The notes: generated from the sequence alone by a model not told the origin. Shown: positions 8,956 to 18,602, counted from the stretch's first letter. The stretch: DNA of 52,382 bases from Candidatus Hermodarchaeota archaeon (GCA_048885535.1 JBHLLO010000015.1:1-52382), one strand, 5' to 3'. Made by a program: numbers and translations.

Positions 8956-10317
8956 ATGCCCTACAATGTAGCCTTTGATGTTGCACATAAACCTAGAGGG
9001 AAACTTGATGAGAATCTGATTGAAATGAGAGATTTTCTTAATAATAATGGATTTATATGTTATAATTTTTTAGAGACCCCTATTACTCAATTATCTTTAA
9101 AACCATTTGATATTCTAATATTTGTATGTCCTGATTTTGCAAAATTATCGACTATGGAAATAACAGAAATAGTTAATTGGGTAAAAGAAGATGGTGGAGG
9201 ATTGCTTTTATTATCTCATGCAGGGGGTGATAGAGGTAGGAGTAGCAATTTAAGCGAATTAAGTCAAGAATTTGGTATAATATTTGAGAATGATCAGGTA
9301 TTAGATGAGACTTATAACTTAGGTATGGAGAATATGCCAATTATTACATCTTTTATTCCACCACATCCAGTTACTGATGGAATAAGCTCTCTATGCTATC
9401 GTTCTGGCTGTTCTCTCACTATTTTAGGTTCTGCTTTCTCTATAGCATCTTCTAATGAAACATCAGAGCCATTCTCTACTCCGCTAATATGTGTTTCTGA
9501 AGTAGAAAATGGTAGAGTATGTGCAATTGGAAGTTATGAAATGCTTCGCGATAGAGTAAGTGGAGGTTTTAATTATGATGATCATCCAAAATTCATCTAC
9601 AATTTATTTAATTGGCTCCTATCTGATTACAGAATAGATTTACGCTCAAAGGGAGAGATTCCTGATATTACACCTCAACCAGCACAAACTCTTGTAACAA
9701 CACCCGAATATACAACAGAGACTATGGATTCCACATCCCTTAAAAAACAATCACTAGATATCGATTTTTCAATAAAAATAACTAAGAAAGAAGAACTAAT
9801 TGAATTACTAAAAATTTTTCAGAATCAAATTAATAGAATACAGAATACAATAGATAAATTAATTAATTTTTTAGGGGGTACTAGTAACCATCCAGTGCCA
9901 GAGAACTCTTATATTCCTCCTCCTCCAGTTGAACAAGAAAAACCAGAAATTAAACAAGATCTTGGGATATTAGAACCTCCCAAGGATGTTAAACTAACAG
10001 AATTACCACCCAAACCAGATAAATTGCAGAAATCTGGAGCTGATGTGTTTATTGGAGTTCCGTTAGAAGAGAAAGGCGATATCAAACCAGTTCCTAAACT
10101 TAAATCTAAAAAAAAACAAAAGAAAAAAGATTTAATTATAGAGAAAGAAGCTTTAGAGAGTAAACTAAATTCAGTAAAAAATTTATTAGATTTCGTTGAA
10201 AAAAAGCATACGGCAGGAACTATCAACAAGAAAGACTACGAAAAAAGGATAAATCAATTAAAAGCTGATATTAGTAAGACTCAAGAAAGGATTGAGGAAA
10301 TAAATAAATTACTCTAA
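8956..10317 (+). CDS. GIFT/DUF4350 (IFT52-like) domain protein with Pro-rich linker and C-terminal helical hairpin
   Basis: VAFDVAH...PITQLSLKPFDILIFVCP..KLSTMEITEIVNWVKEDGGGLLLLSHAGGD..SNLSELSQEFGIIFENDQV resembles the GIFT domain. Confidence 0.75.
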   Translation: MPYNVAFDVAHKPRGKLDENLIEMRDFLNNNGFICYNFLETPITQLSLKPFDILIFVCPDFAKLSTMEITEIVNWVKEDGGGLLLLSHAGGDRGRSSNLSELSQEFGIIFENDQVLDETYNLGMENMPIITSFIPPHPVTDGISSLCYRSGCSLTILGSAFSIASSNETSEPFSTPLICVSEVENGRVCAIGSYEMLRDRVSGGFNYDDHPKFIYNLFNWLLSDYRIDLRSKGEIPDITPQPAQTLVTTPEYTTETMDSTSLKKQSLDIDFSIKITKKEELIELLKIFQNQINRIQNTIDKLINFLGGTSNHPVPENSYIPPPPVEQEKPEIKQDLGILEPPKDVKLTELPPKPDKLQKSGADVFIGVPLEEKGDIKPVPKLKSKKKQKKKDLIIEKEALESKLNSVKNLLDFVEKKHTAGTINKKDYEKRINQLKADISKTQERIEEINKLL

Positions 10318-10438
10318 TTTTCACTATGTATAAATTTAACAATTCCTTCTATAAGCAGTTTTCTTTAATATGGTTGTTAGATTTAGTTAAAAATAAATGA
10401 AAAAAAAGCGTAGAATTATAATTTAAACATCTATTTAT

Positions 10439-10924
10439 TCAGTGTTTGTGCTCTCCACATCCGCATCCGCAAGTACTAGGAGGATCTGGTTCACAACCGG
10501 TTTCAATAATCTTTATTTTAAAATTTAACACTTTTCCAGCTAAGGGATGATTCATATCAATTGTAACTGATTCTTCATCAATTTCAGTAATTCTTGCGAC
10601 TGAATAGCTTCCATTAGGAGCATCAATTCTCAACATCATTCCTATTTTTAATTCTATATTTTTCGGGAATTTATCTTTACTTATTTTATGTTGCAGTGTT
10701 GGGTTAAATTCTCCATAAGCTTCTGATGGCTGAAGAGTAATTGAAAATTCCTCTCCAACATCTTTTCCAATTACAGCCTTATCAAAACCATCTATCACTT
10801 CTCCAGATCCGACTTCGAACTTTAAAGGAAATCCTTCATTCAAATCAGTACTATCAAAGACTGTGCCGTCTTCTAAACGCCCTTCATATTTCACTTTGAT
10901 TATATCCCCTTTTTTTATCGCCAT
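10439..10924 (-). CDS. slyD: FKBP-type peptidyl-prolyl isomerase (SlyD-like) with Cys/His metal-binding tail
   Basis: VKYEGRLEDGTVFDS, PSEAYG, DMNHPLAGKVLNF; tail CGCGCGEHKH. Confidence 0.92.
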   Translation of the reverse strand: MAIKKGDIIKVKYEGRLEDGTVFDSTDLNEGFPLKFEVGSGEVIDGFDKAVIGKDVGEEFSITLQPSEAYGEFNPTLQHKISKDKFPKNIELKIGMMLRIDAPNGSYSVARITEIDEESVTIDMNHPLAGKVLNFKIKIIETGCEPDPPSTCGCGCGEHKH

Positions 10925-11086
10925 TTTAATCTTATTCCTCTTTTTTAAATAAAATAAAGAAGCAGATAATATAATTAAATTGTTTATAAATTAAAAATGT
11001 ATAGAAATTATTCCTATTATCAATTACTTGATGGTTTCATTGTTAATAAACATCATCTATATTTTATAATAAATTTTTGATTATCC

Positions 11087-11905
11087 TTAAGATTTTGAGA
11101 ATCCTCCATGATGGAATTCGATACTGAAGTCAACTATCTTTTCTTTTAAGCAAAAATTCTTCACTCTTTGTTCTATTAAATCCCACCTTGATTGGTTCAC
11201 TCTAAAATCTTGATACACAGTTAAGAGTGAGGGATAATACTTTTTAATAACTTCTAGAATTCGAGGAATATTATGTGGTCGAAAGTTAAGATTTTCAAAC
11301 ATATATGAATCAGTGTAGGGTCTTGATATTTTAATTATTTCTTGGAAATCTGTCAATTCTGGAAAAAATGGAGATATAAAGGTATATGTTTTAATATTAT
11401 TCTTATGTATTTCTTCCAATGCTTTCAATCTTTCTAATGGTTTGGAAGCCCCTCGCTCAATTAATTTGGAAAGATTTTCATCTAGAGTACTAATAGAAAT
11501 GCCAATTTCGATACTATCAAATTTCTTGAATAAATCAATATCCCTAACAACAAATTTTGATTTTGTAAGAATTGATATTTCGGCATGGGTTCCAATAAGT
11601 TTTTCTAAGATCTTTCGAGTATTTTGATATTTCAATTCTAAAGGAATATAAGGATCCGTCACTGAACTTAATAAAATCCTTTTTCCATCATATTTTTGAG
11701 GTTTTATTTTATCAAAATCATAAGTTTTGATATCGAGAAATTGCCCCCATTTATCCCCCTTATGATCAGTAAACCTAATCATAAATTCTGCATAACAGTA
11801 GATACAACCATGTTGACACCCTATATATGGGTTGATTACGAAATCAACTCCAGGTATATTTGATTTTGTAATTATACTTTTAGCTTCTCGATAATTAATT
11901 TTCAT
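11087..11905 (-). CDS. Radical SAM protein, SplB/Rv2578c-like
   Basis: INPYIGCQHGCIYCYA (CxxxCxxC), SSVTDPY, ILTKS..V.RDIDL. Confidence 0.88.
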   Translation of the reverse strand: MKINYREAKSIITKSNIPGVDFVINPYIGCQHGCIYCYAEFMIRFTDHKGDKWGQFLDIKTYDFDKIKPQKYDGKRILLSSVTDPYIPLELKYQNTRKILEKLIGTHAEISILTKSKFVVRDIDLFKKFDSIEIGISISTLDENLSKLIERGASKPLERLKALEEIHKNNIKTYTFISPFFPELTDFQEIIKISRPYTDSYMFENLNFRPHNIPRILEVIKKYYPSLLTVYQDFRVNQSRWDLIEQRVKNFCLKEKIVDFSIEFHHGGFSKS

Positions 11906-11938
11906 TTTTACAAATTCTAAATAATATATATAAGATTT

Positions 11939-13132
11939 CTAATTTCTAAGATCAGATGGTAAAATGGAATTAACTAAAAGCTTCTTAAAATTCTGAGGAG
12001 ATGGGTGATTTCCAAACTTCTCTTTAATTAAATTTTCTCCATATGCATAATTAAATACATAAGAGGACCATAATGGATGTCTTATTAATTTTAATTGTTG
12101 TTTAATATACTTTTCGGGAACGAGATTAAAATCTAAAGTATATTTTATCAGTTCATCATCGGACCATCCATCCTCATGAGCGTGAATAGCAATATTATTT
12201 AAGATCTTTAACATTTTACCTTGAGATTGATAATAACTAATTATTAGAACTAGATCAAGATTAGAAGGTTCATGGCATAATTCATTTAGAATAAACGAAC
12301 CTTTTTCTTGATCTGTAAATAAAACATCAGCGGCAGTGTTTCCAATACCTTCAGAGATAACTGCTTCAGGAGCAAGGATCAATAAAATACTATTCTCAAA
12401 TCTTTTCTGTTCAATATACAATTTTTGTTCTTTAACTACATGTTCAGTATGATGCCCTGGATATGCTTCATGTGTCAAAAATCTCAAGACACTTACACAA
12501 TCCAATGGTATATCAATATTAATATCAATTCTGGATTTAAATTTTCCTTGATACCAATTATATGCCCCCCATGGTTTGTCCTTAACAAAATCAATAGAAA
12601 TTTCTTCTTCATTAGGAAATAAATCTGGAAATAATTCATATGTTTTTTCACGAATCTTTTTACTAGCTTTTTTAAATATATTTTCTAAATTATTAATTGA
12701 TAACTTATGCTGTTCTCTAAAATCATTAAGGCGATCACTAAGTGCACTGGATCCTTTAAAAATAGAATCTAATTCTGTATATAATTTATAAAATTCTGAA
12801 TCATCAAACAATTCTGGCTTTATATCATATATTTTGAAAACTTTTTCTAAAAAGGGGATTTTTTTTCCAGAAGTTATATTTAAAGAAGTTTCAATAGCTC
12901 TAAGAGTTTTTTTCAAAAATCTCATACGTTCCTCGATGAAATCTTGCTCATCTAATTGACTTTGAAGGTTTTTACAGGACTCTAAAAGAGTATTAGGCGA
13001 GATAAGTTTTTCATTATCAACCAAATCACTTAATTCAGGTGGACCGTAATACGCGTCAACAAATCCTTCAATTAATTTGCCTGTTCGCAAGGCAAGGAGT
13101 AAATAATCCTTTCCAAATTTATCTAATGCCAT
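11939..13132 (-). CDS. DUF885-like zincin metallopeptidase-family protein
   Basis: THEAYPGHHTE motif, ISEGIG, C-terminal YVFNYAYG. Confidence 0.7.
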   Translation of the reverse strand: MALDKFGKDYLLLALRTGKLIEGFVDAYYGPPELSDLVDNEKLISPNTLLESCKNLQSQLDEQDFIEERMRFLKKTLRAIETSLNITSGKKIPFLEKVFKIYDIKPELFDDSEFYKLYTELDSIFKGSSALSDRLNDFREQHKLSINNLENIFKKASKKIREKTYELFPDLFPNEEEISIDFVKDKPWGAYNWYQGKFKSRIDINIDIPLDCVSVLRFLTHEAYPGHHTEHVVKEQKLYIEQKRFENSILLILAPEAVISEGIGNTAADVLFTDQEKGSFILNELCHEPSNLDLVLIISYYQSQGKMLKILNNIAIHAHEDGWSDDELIKYTLDFNLVPEKYIKQQLKLIRHPLWSSYVFNYAYGENLIKEKFGNHPSPQNFKKLLVNSILPSDLRN

Positions 13133-13230
13133 GCTCTATATAGAGTATCTTTTATGGTATATATAAATTATCAAATATTGATCATGACAGATGTGATCAA
13201 GATGAATGTAAGAATAGAAAAAAAGGAACT

Positions 13231-13812
13231 TCAATATGAATAACTTAGAGTAAATTCATATAAAATATCTTCTTTTAAATTTAAAAGAAAATCTGAATTT
13301 AAAACATCGATACTTATTCTCTTCGTTTCCTTGATTTTAAAATTTTCATCTTCTAAGTTCGTGTTATACCAATGTTTTATTAATCCTATTCTTTTAAGCT
13401 TTTGAAATTCTAGCAGATATAATATAAAATCCACCCATTTTTTAAGTTCTTCATCTCGTTCTGAGAGGGTCTTTTTTTGGCTTGTTTTATGAGATTTTGA
13501 CCTTATTTTTTTCATAATCCAATCTTGAATTTGTTCATCAGACCACTTTTTTTTCCTTAAGGATTTTATCTTTTTAGATTTAAGTAATTTCTCATACTCT
13601 TGTAAAGGATTGTTAGATCCAAGAACAGTATCACAATCACAATAATCCTTGGTTGTTCTAAAGTACAATTCTCCATGCCTTAATTGAGATTTTATATTCT
13701 TATTGTTTACAGGAAAAAAATACATGTTAAATTCTTCAAAAATAGGTTTTAAATCTTCTAATTTTGTTCCCTCTGGTAGGGTCGACGTAATATAATAACA
13801 CAAATTAAACAC
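13231..13812 (-). CDS. Hypothetical protein with CDC motif (start may be TTG at MCYYIT)
   Basis: 193-aa ORF; N-terminal Cys plus YCDCDT suggests a metal site. Confidence 0.7.
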   Translation of the reverse strand: MFNLCYYITSTLPEGTKLEDLKPIFEEFNMYFFPVNNKNIKSQLRHGELYFRTTKDYCDCDTVLGSNNPLQEYEKLLKSKKIKSLRKKKWSDEQIQDWIMKKIRSKSHKTSQKKTLSERDEELKKWVDFILYLLEFQKLKRIGLIKHWYNTNLEDENFKIKETKRISIDVLNSDFLLNLKEDILYEFTLSYSY

Positions 13813-13883
13813 AAATGATTTATTGTTAAAATTATGAAAAAATAAATTTAATAGAGATTAACCCGGAATACGACATGATTAAC

Positions 13884-14303
13884 CTACTTAATAACATCAG
13901 TAATAAAACATGTTTCCATTATTTTTACACCTTTAATTTGAGAAATTTTCTCCTCAATTAAAGGATTAAATTGTTCTATTGAAGGAATTTCAACTTTTAC
14001 TAATAAACCACAGTCACCACTAAGTCGCCAGATATCGGTAATTTCTTCAATCTCATTTAATTCTTTCATTATTGTTTTTATTTCCTTAAAATCAGGCTCT
14101 ATTTTTACTGTTGCTCTGGTCTTTGGTTTTGAATTTACAGCGTACTCAATTGTGTATTTCTTAATGATTCCGTCCTCCTCCAATCTTTTAACACGCCTTC
14201 TTACTGTAGCTTCTGTTTTCCCTACTCGCTGACTGATATCATTAAATGAGACTCTACTATTTTCTTTTAATTCCTCAAGAATCTTTAAATCTATTACATC
14301 CAT
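13884..14303 (-). CDS. Lrp/AsnC family transcriptional regulator
   Basis: MDVIDLKILEELKENSRVSFNDISQRVGKTEATVRRRVKRLEEDGIIK HTH; RLSGDCGLLVKV RAM domain. Confidence 0.95.
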   Translation of the reverse strand: MDVIDLKILEELKENSRVSFNDISQRVGKTEATVRRRVKRLEEDGIIKKYTIEYAVNSKPKTRATVKIEPDFKEIKTIMKELNEIEEITDIWRLSGDCGLLVKVEIPSIEQFNPLIEEKISQIKGVKIMETCFITDVIK

Positions 14304-14622
14304 AAGTTTTTCACTCAGTATGTGATATTATTATGCAATTTTTAATATTCTAATTATTAATTGTGATAAATCAATATATATTTTTTTTCTTTTTACTATT
14401 AATTATAATATCCTCATTTCGCGTATCCTTCATTTTGTCGATAACAAAAAAAATTAATGTTGTATTTTTGAATATGATTTATAATCTTCTATCAATTACT
14501 TAATATTTTTTCAAGTTTTTAATCAAATTTAATAGAATCAAGTATTTCTTTATGAATTTTAAATAATATAATTTTGAAAATTAAATTAAAAATTTAAGAA
14601 AAAGTTCATTATTTTTCAAAAT

Positions 14623-16236
14623 ATGTTTTTTCTGGGAATGGATTGTTCAACACAATCATTTACAGCAATTATTATTGATTCCAAAAAGATTATCTTTAGT
14701 GATAACATAATCTTCGACAAAGATTTACCACATTACAATACAAAAAATGGAGTTTATTTTTCCGAAAATGGCAAAAAAGTCCACTCAAATCCTCTTATGT
14801 GGGTTGAAGCATTAGAATTGTCTCTTAAACATATAGTAGAATCTGGGGTTGGATTAGAAGATATAAAAGCAATTTCAGGTTCAGGACAACAACATGGAAC
14901 AATTTACTTAAGTGATGATTTCGAAAATGTACTACAATCATTAAATTTCAAAATATCTTTGAAGGAGCAACTTAAAAATATCTTTACAAGAAAGACTAGC
15001 CCAATTTGGATGGACTCGAGTACTTTTAAACAATGTAAAGAAATCCGCCAAAAATTAGGGGGTTTAAAATCTACTATAAAAATCACTGGCTCAAATACCT
15101 TTGAAAGATTTTCTGGCCCACAGATTAGAAAGTTTTATCAAGAAAATCAAGAAGCTTATTTCAAAACATCATATATCCATTTGGTAAGCTCTTTTATGGC
15201 ATCTATACTACTTGGGGAAAGTGCTCCGATAGATCATGGTGATGGGGCTGGTATGAACTTAATGAATATCGAAACAAAGCAATGGGATAAAAGAGCTCTA
15301 GAAGCTACAGCTCCTAATTTAAAGTCTAAGTTGCCTACACTCTGTAATTCTTATGATGTTCTTGGGAAAATTTCCTCCTATTTTGTAAAAAAATATGGAT
15401 TTTCATCTAACACTCAAATAATTTCTTGGTCCGGTGATAATCCAAATAGTTTAATAGGAGTTGGAATTACCGAAAAAGGAAAAGCAGCAATTAGTTTGGG
15501 AACAAGTGATACCTATTTTGGTTATATGAAAAAACTATATTATAACTTAAATGGAGAAAGCCATGTTTTTGGTGCTCCAACAGGAGATTATATGAGTTTA
15601 ATTTGTTTCAAAAATGGTTCCTTAACTCGAGAGAGAATTAAGAACCTGTATAATCTCTCTTGGAACCAATTTTCTGATATTTTGAGTAAAAGTCCTCCCG
15701 GTAATCATGGTAAAGTTATGCTTCCTTACATCTTCCCAGAAATTGTGCCACATGTATTAGAACCGAGAGTTTATCGTTTTGGATTTGACGAAAATGATGT
15801 TGCTGGAAATGTTCGAGGCGTTATAGAAGCACAGTTTCTTTCTATGAGACTTCATTCAGAATGGATTGAAGAAAAGCCTAACGAGATATATGCAACCGGA
15901 GGCGCTTCCGCTAATAGAGAAATATTACAAATACTTGCTAACATTTTTCATACACCAATAAAGATTTTAGACATTACTAATTCAGCAACATTAGGTGCTG
16001 CGCTAAGAAGTAGGAAATCCTACCTCAATTTTATAGGAAAAGAAATTTCATGGGGAGAAATACTTGACAGGATTATTAGTACACAGATAAGTGGTGTTAT
16101 AAGACCCAAGGAGCAATATAAAGAATTATATAGTGATATGCTTGAAATTTATAGACATTTTGAAGAATATATCTTAAAAGAAGGCAAAAACCCAGAAAAA
16201 TTAAGGCAGAATTTTATTAATAAATATTTCTTATAA
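14623..16236 (+). CDS. Xylulokinase-like FGGY carbohydrate kinase (long, eukaryotic XYLB-type)
   Basis: FLGMDCSTQS, ISGSGQQHG, PIWMDSST, ERFSGPQIRK, GDNPNSL, SLGTSDT, ATGGASAN. Confidence 0.88.
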   Translation: MFFLGMDCSTQSFTAIIIDSKKIIFSDNIIFDKDLPHYNTKNGVYFSENGKKVHSNPLMWVEALELSLKHIVESGVGLEDIKAISGSGQQHGTIYLSDDFENVLQSLNFKISLKEQLKNIFTRKTSPIWMDSSTFKQCKEIRQKLGGLKSTIKITGSNTFERFSGPQIRKFYQENQEAYFKTSYIHLVSSFMASILLGESAPIDHGDGAGMNLMNIETKQWDKRALEATAPNLKSKLPTLCNSYDVLGKISSYFVKKYGFSSNTQIISWSGDNPNSLIGVGITEKGKAAISLGTSDTYFGYMKKLYYNLNGESHVFGAPTGDYMSLICFKNGSLTRERIKNLYNLSWNQFSDILSKSPPGNHGKVMLPYIFPEIVPHVLEPRVYRFGFDENDVAGNVRGVIEAQFLSMRLHSEWIEEKPNEIYATGGASANREILQILANIFHTPIKILDITNSATLGAALRSRKSYLNFIGKEISWGEILDRIISTQISGVIRPKEQYKELYSDMLEIYRHFEEYILKEGKNPEKLRQNFINKYFL

Positions 16237-16264
16237 CTTGTTAGAAATCATAAATTGATATATA

Positions 16265-16468
16265 ATGTCAACTACATCATTTCAAGATTCAAGAAAAAGA
16301 AATATCCTTCTCATAATTGTAGCTGCTGTAATTGTCATTTCTGCAATAACTTTTGTAATAATTTTATTAGTCTTCTACTATTCTCTTTCTTTCAATGGAG
16401 GGGGATGACCATGTGTGATAATAGTTCATTACACTGGAAAATTAATTCCGAATCTAATATGGGTATGA
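16265..16468 (+). CDS. Putative small single-pass membrane selenoprotein (67 aa; in-frame TGA = Sec48 in GGG-U-PC)
   Basis: MSTTSFQDSRKRNILLIIVAAVIVISAITFVIILLVFYYSLSFNGGG-TGA(16406-08)-PCVIIVHYTGKLIPNLIWV-TGA; post-TGA peptide is conserved, with synonymous changes, in the 17275 copy; SECIS-like element follows. Confidence 0.7.
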
Positions 16469-16515
16469 GTCTTGGGAGAAAATTGTAGTCTCAAGAGGAC
16501 CCACCCTGCAAGGGT
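16460..16515 (+). promoter_or_regulatory. SECIS-like element, copy 1
   Basis: TGGG-TAT-GA-G-TCTTGGGA-GAAAATTGTAG-TCTCAAGA-G-GA-CCCA: K-turn with AUGA/GA core, 8-bp helix, A-rich loop; followed by CCC-TGCAA-GGG hairpin. Confidence 0.72.
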
Positions 16516-16671
16516 AAAAGAAAAATGATATTTTTAAGAATTTCTTTTAAAACATAGTTCTAAAAAAACCGCGAATAATTAAGAAGAATTTTCATATAAA
16601 ATCACAAAATATTTATAAACTATCATATTGTTGATCAATCTTAACCTCTTATTAAAATAGGTGTTTTATTT

Positions 16672-17187
16672 ATGGAAAATAGAAAAATCTTATGTCTTAT
16701 AAGTGGAATCTTAACTCTTGTAGCAACATATCTTTTTGCTTGGTTTGCTGTTGATATAGCAGGTACTGATTATTATGGTCATGGTATAGGAGTGATTATG
16801 AGCCTTCCGAATACATTTACAAATGCAGAAACAATAGCTACTATTTGGGGCGTACCTACTTTCGCTATTTATATTGTAGGAGGATGCCTTATATTCTTTT
16901 TATTTTCAGGAATTATAATATTATTGGGATTAAAGTATCGCATATTTGCAATTATAGGGGCAATAATGCCTATCCTTATATCAATCGCTATTATCTCAGG
17001 TCCTTTTAATGCTCCTCCAAATCTTATAGATTATATATCACTATTTTCGAGTGAAACATTAGGAGGATTTCCTCTAAATCTAGCAATTGGACCATCAGGA
17101 TTCGGAGCTTCTGTATCTCTAGGTAATTATTTATTACTTGGAGGAGGAATTTTAGGTATCATTAGTGGATTTCTACCTAAAGAGTAA
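16672..17187 (+). CDS. Multi-pass membrane protein of unknown function
   Basis: 171 aa with about four hydrophobic, Gly-rich helices; GGTG upstream. Confidence 0.8.
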   Translation: MENRKILCLISGILTLVATYLFAWFAVDIAGTDYYGHGIGVIMSLPNTFTNAETIATIWGVPTFAIYIVGGCLIFFLFSGIIILLGLKYRIFAIIGAIMPILISIAIISGPFNAPPNLIDYISLFSSETLGGFPLNLAIGPSGFGASVSLGNYLLLGGGILGIISGFLPKE

Positions 17188-17200
17188 GAATATATATAAA

Positions 17201-17346
17201 GTGGGAAATTGTAAGAAAAGAAATAAATAATCTTAATTTTTTTTACTCTAAACACCTTACTTGATAATACTAATGGAGGAGGACGACCATGTGCATCAAT
17301 AATGCATTATACTGGAAGATTGATAGCAATTTTAATAAGGATATGA
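17201..17346 (+). pseudogene. Decayed paralog of the 16265 ORF (TGA replaced by CGA; TM region largely lost)
   Basis: GTG-GNCKKRNK-stop, then in another frame NGGG-R-PCASIMHYTGRLIAILIRI-TGA, colinear with copy 1. Confidence 0.7.
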
Positions 17347-17392
17347 GTCTTGGGACTTAATTTTAATCTCAAGAGGATCCACCTAATAGAGG
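17338..17392 (+). promoter_or_regulatory. SECIS-like element, copy 2 (loop degenerate)
   Basis: AGGA-TAT-GA-G-TCTTGGGA-CTTAATTTTAA-TCTCAAGA-G-GA-TCCA-CCT-AATAG-AGG; compensatory G-C to A-T pair next to the bulge. Confidence 0.6.
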
Positions 17393-17519
17393 CAAAAGAA
17401 AAATAATACGTTTAAGAATATCTTTTATAGTATGCTTGATTATTATTCTTATTAACAAAACTCTTTTAAATCCTTAAAACCTCTTAAATTAAATCATTTT
17501 GTTAAATGGTGAAAAATTC

Positions 17520-18317
17520 ATGTCAAAAGAGATTCCAGAAGCCGTTAAAGACGCGCTTCGCAATATAGGATTAACCGATTATGAGATTGCAATCTATCTT
17601 ACTCTTATTGTAAAAGGCCCAATGGATGCTCGAGAATTGTCAGAAGCTTCAGGAGTGCCCTACTCACGTATATATAATATTCTCACACAACTGGAAAAGG
17701 AGAAAATGTGGATAATTAAAGAAGAAGAAAGCCGCCCATCTCGCTATTTTGCCAAATCCCCAGATGAGGCCCTAGTCATAGCCAAAAAGCAATATAACGA
17801 CAGTTTTGATAACTTCTCAAAAAATATAATCCACACACTTACACCTATTTATCAATCTCATGATACTCCAATTAAAATTGCACTATATATACATAGGGGT
17901 AGAGATGTATGTATTAATCGGAGTTTAGCACTTATTAATATGGCTAAAACCGCTATTTATTTAATTGCTCCTGAATATGAGTTTTTAGAAGTTTTTCATC
18001 AGGATCTGAAAAAGGCTCGAGCAAGGGGTGTTACAGATATTAGAATTCTAGTGGAAGAACTAGCCTTAAAGGATGACAAGTTCAAAGAACTACTTAATAA
18101 GTATAGTGAAATATCAGAAATTAAGACTCGAGATCAAGTATTTGGAACTGCAATTATCATGGATGAGGGAGAAGATGCTTTCCTTATTTTAACCCAGAAA
18201 ATTTTTAAAAAACTTAGTTATTTTGGAGCGGTAACTGATCATATTGCTTTTGGACCTGCTGCTAATTATTATTTTAGCTACCTTTATGATACCGCTAAAA
18301 TTGCGAGTCTTAAATGA
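17520..18317 (+). CDS. TrmB family transcriptional regulator
   Basis: LRNIGLTDYEIAIYLTL...ARELSEASGVPYSRIYNILTQLE...RPSRYFAKSP; ATG 17520 preceded by GGTGA. Confidence 0.92.
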   Translation: MSKEIPEAVKDALRNIGLTDYEIAIYLTLIVKGPMDARELSEASGVPYSRIYNILTQLEKEKMWIIKEEESRPSRYFAKSPDEALVIAKKQYNDSFDNFSKNIIHTLTPIYQSHDTPIKIALYIHRGRDVCINRSLALINMAKTAIYLIAPEYEFLEVFHQDLKKARARGVTDIRILVEELALKDDKFKELLNKYSEISEIKTRDQVFGTAIIMDEGEDAFLILTQKIFKKLSYFGAVTDHIAFGPAANYYFSYLYDTAKIASLK

Positions 18318-18347
18318 ACTCACTTTTGAATTTATGTTCATTAAGTG

Positions 18348-18602
18348 TTAAAATTTAATTGAAATGGCTTTTTCAGGACATACTTCTACACATTTAAAAC
18401 AACGCGTACAAACAGATGGCCATATAGCAGTAATTTTCCAATGTTGTGGATCATACACATTTTTTTCTTTATATTTTAAATCTTCATGTCTTAGAAAGAC
18501 ACAAGGATCACATACATTAAGACATTTAGCACATTCTCTTGGATCAACATTACCTTCAGGTCCACATTTTGTATAATCAATCTTGATTTTTGTTTTACTC
18601 AC
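18348..18602 (-). CDS. 4Fe-4S ferredoxin
   Basis: C..ECAKCLNVC and CTRCFKCVEVCP; GGTGA before the GTG start. Confidence 0.88.
   Translation of the reverse strand: MSKTKIKIDYTKCGPEGNVDPRECAKCLNVCDPCVFLRHEDLKYKEKNVYDPQHWKITAIWPSVCTRCFKCVEVCPEKAISIKF

Noticed and set aside
10350-10441. TGA stop of the Cys-rich SlyD tail as a possible Sec codon
   Set aside because: The downstream frame is AT-rich and non-protein-like, and no SECIS-like motif is visible
16415-16445. VIIVHYTGKL resembles the FKBP 'V.VHYTG.L' strand
   Set aside because: No downstream DG..FDS or other FKBP motifs; too short to imply homology
16255-16488. 77-aa Cys-rich ORF (CSCCNCHFCNNFC) that looks metallothionein-like
   Set aside because: It is the out-of-frame shadow of the Val/Ala/Ile codons of the 16265 TM helix; the paralogous copy conserves the other frame with synonymous changes
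16460-16515. Hammerhead-ribozyme-like ATGAGTC...GGAC
   Set aside because: Lacks the CUGANGA and GAAA core in the required arrangement
16466-16537. Readthrough of the second TGA into VLGENCSLKRTHPARVKEK
   Set aside because: This TGA is inside the SECIS-like core, and the paralog has an in-frame TAA in the loop; it is better read as the true stop
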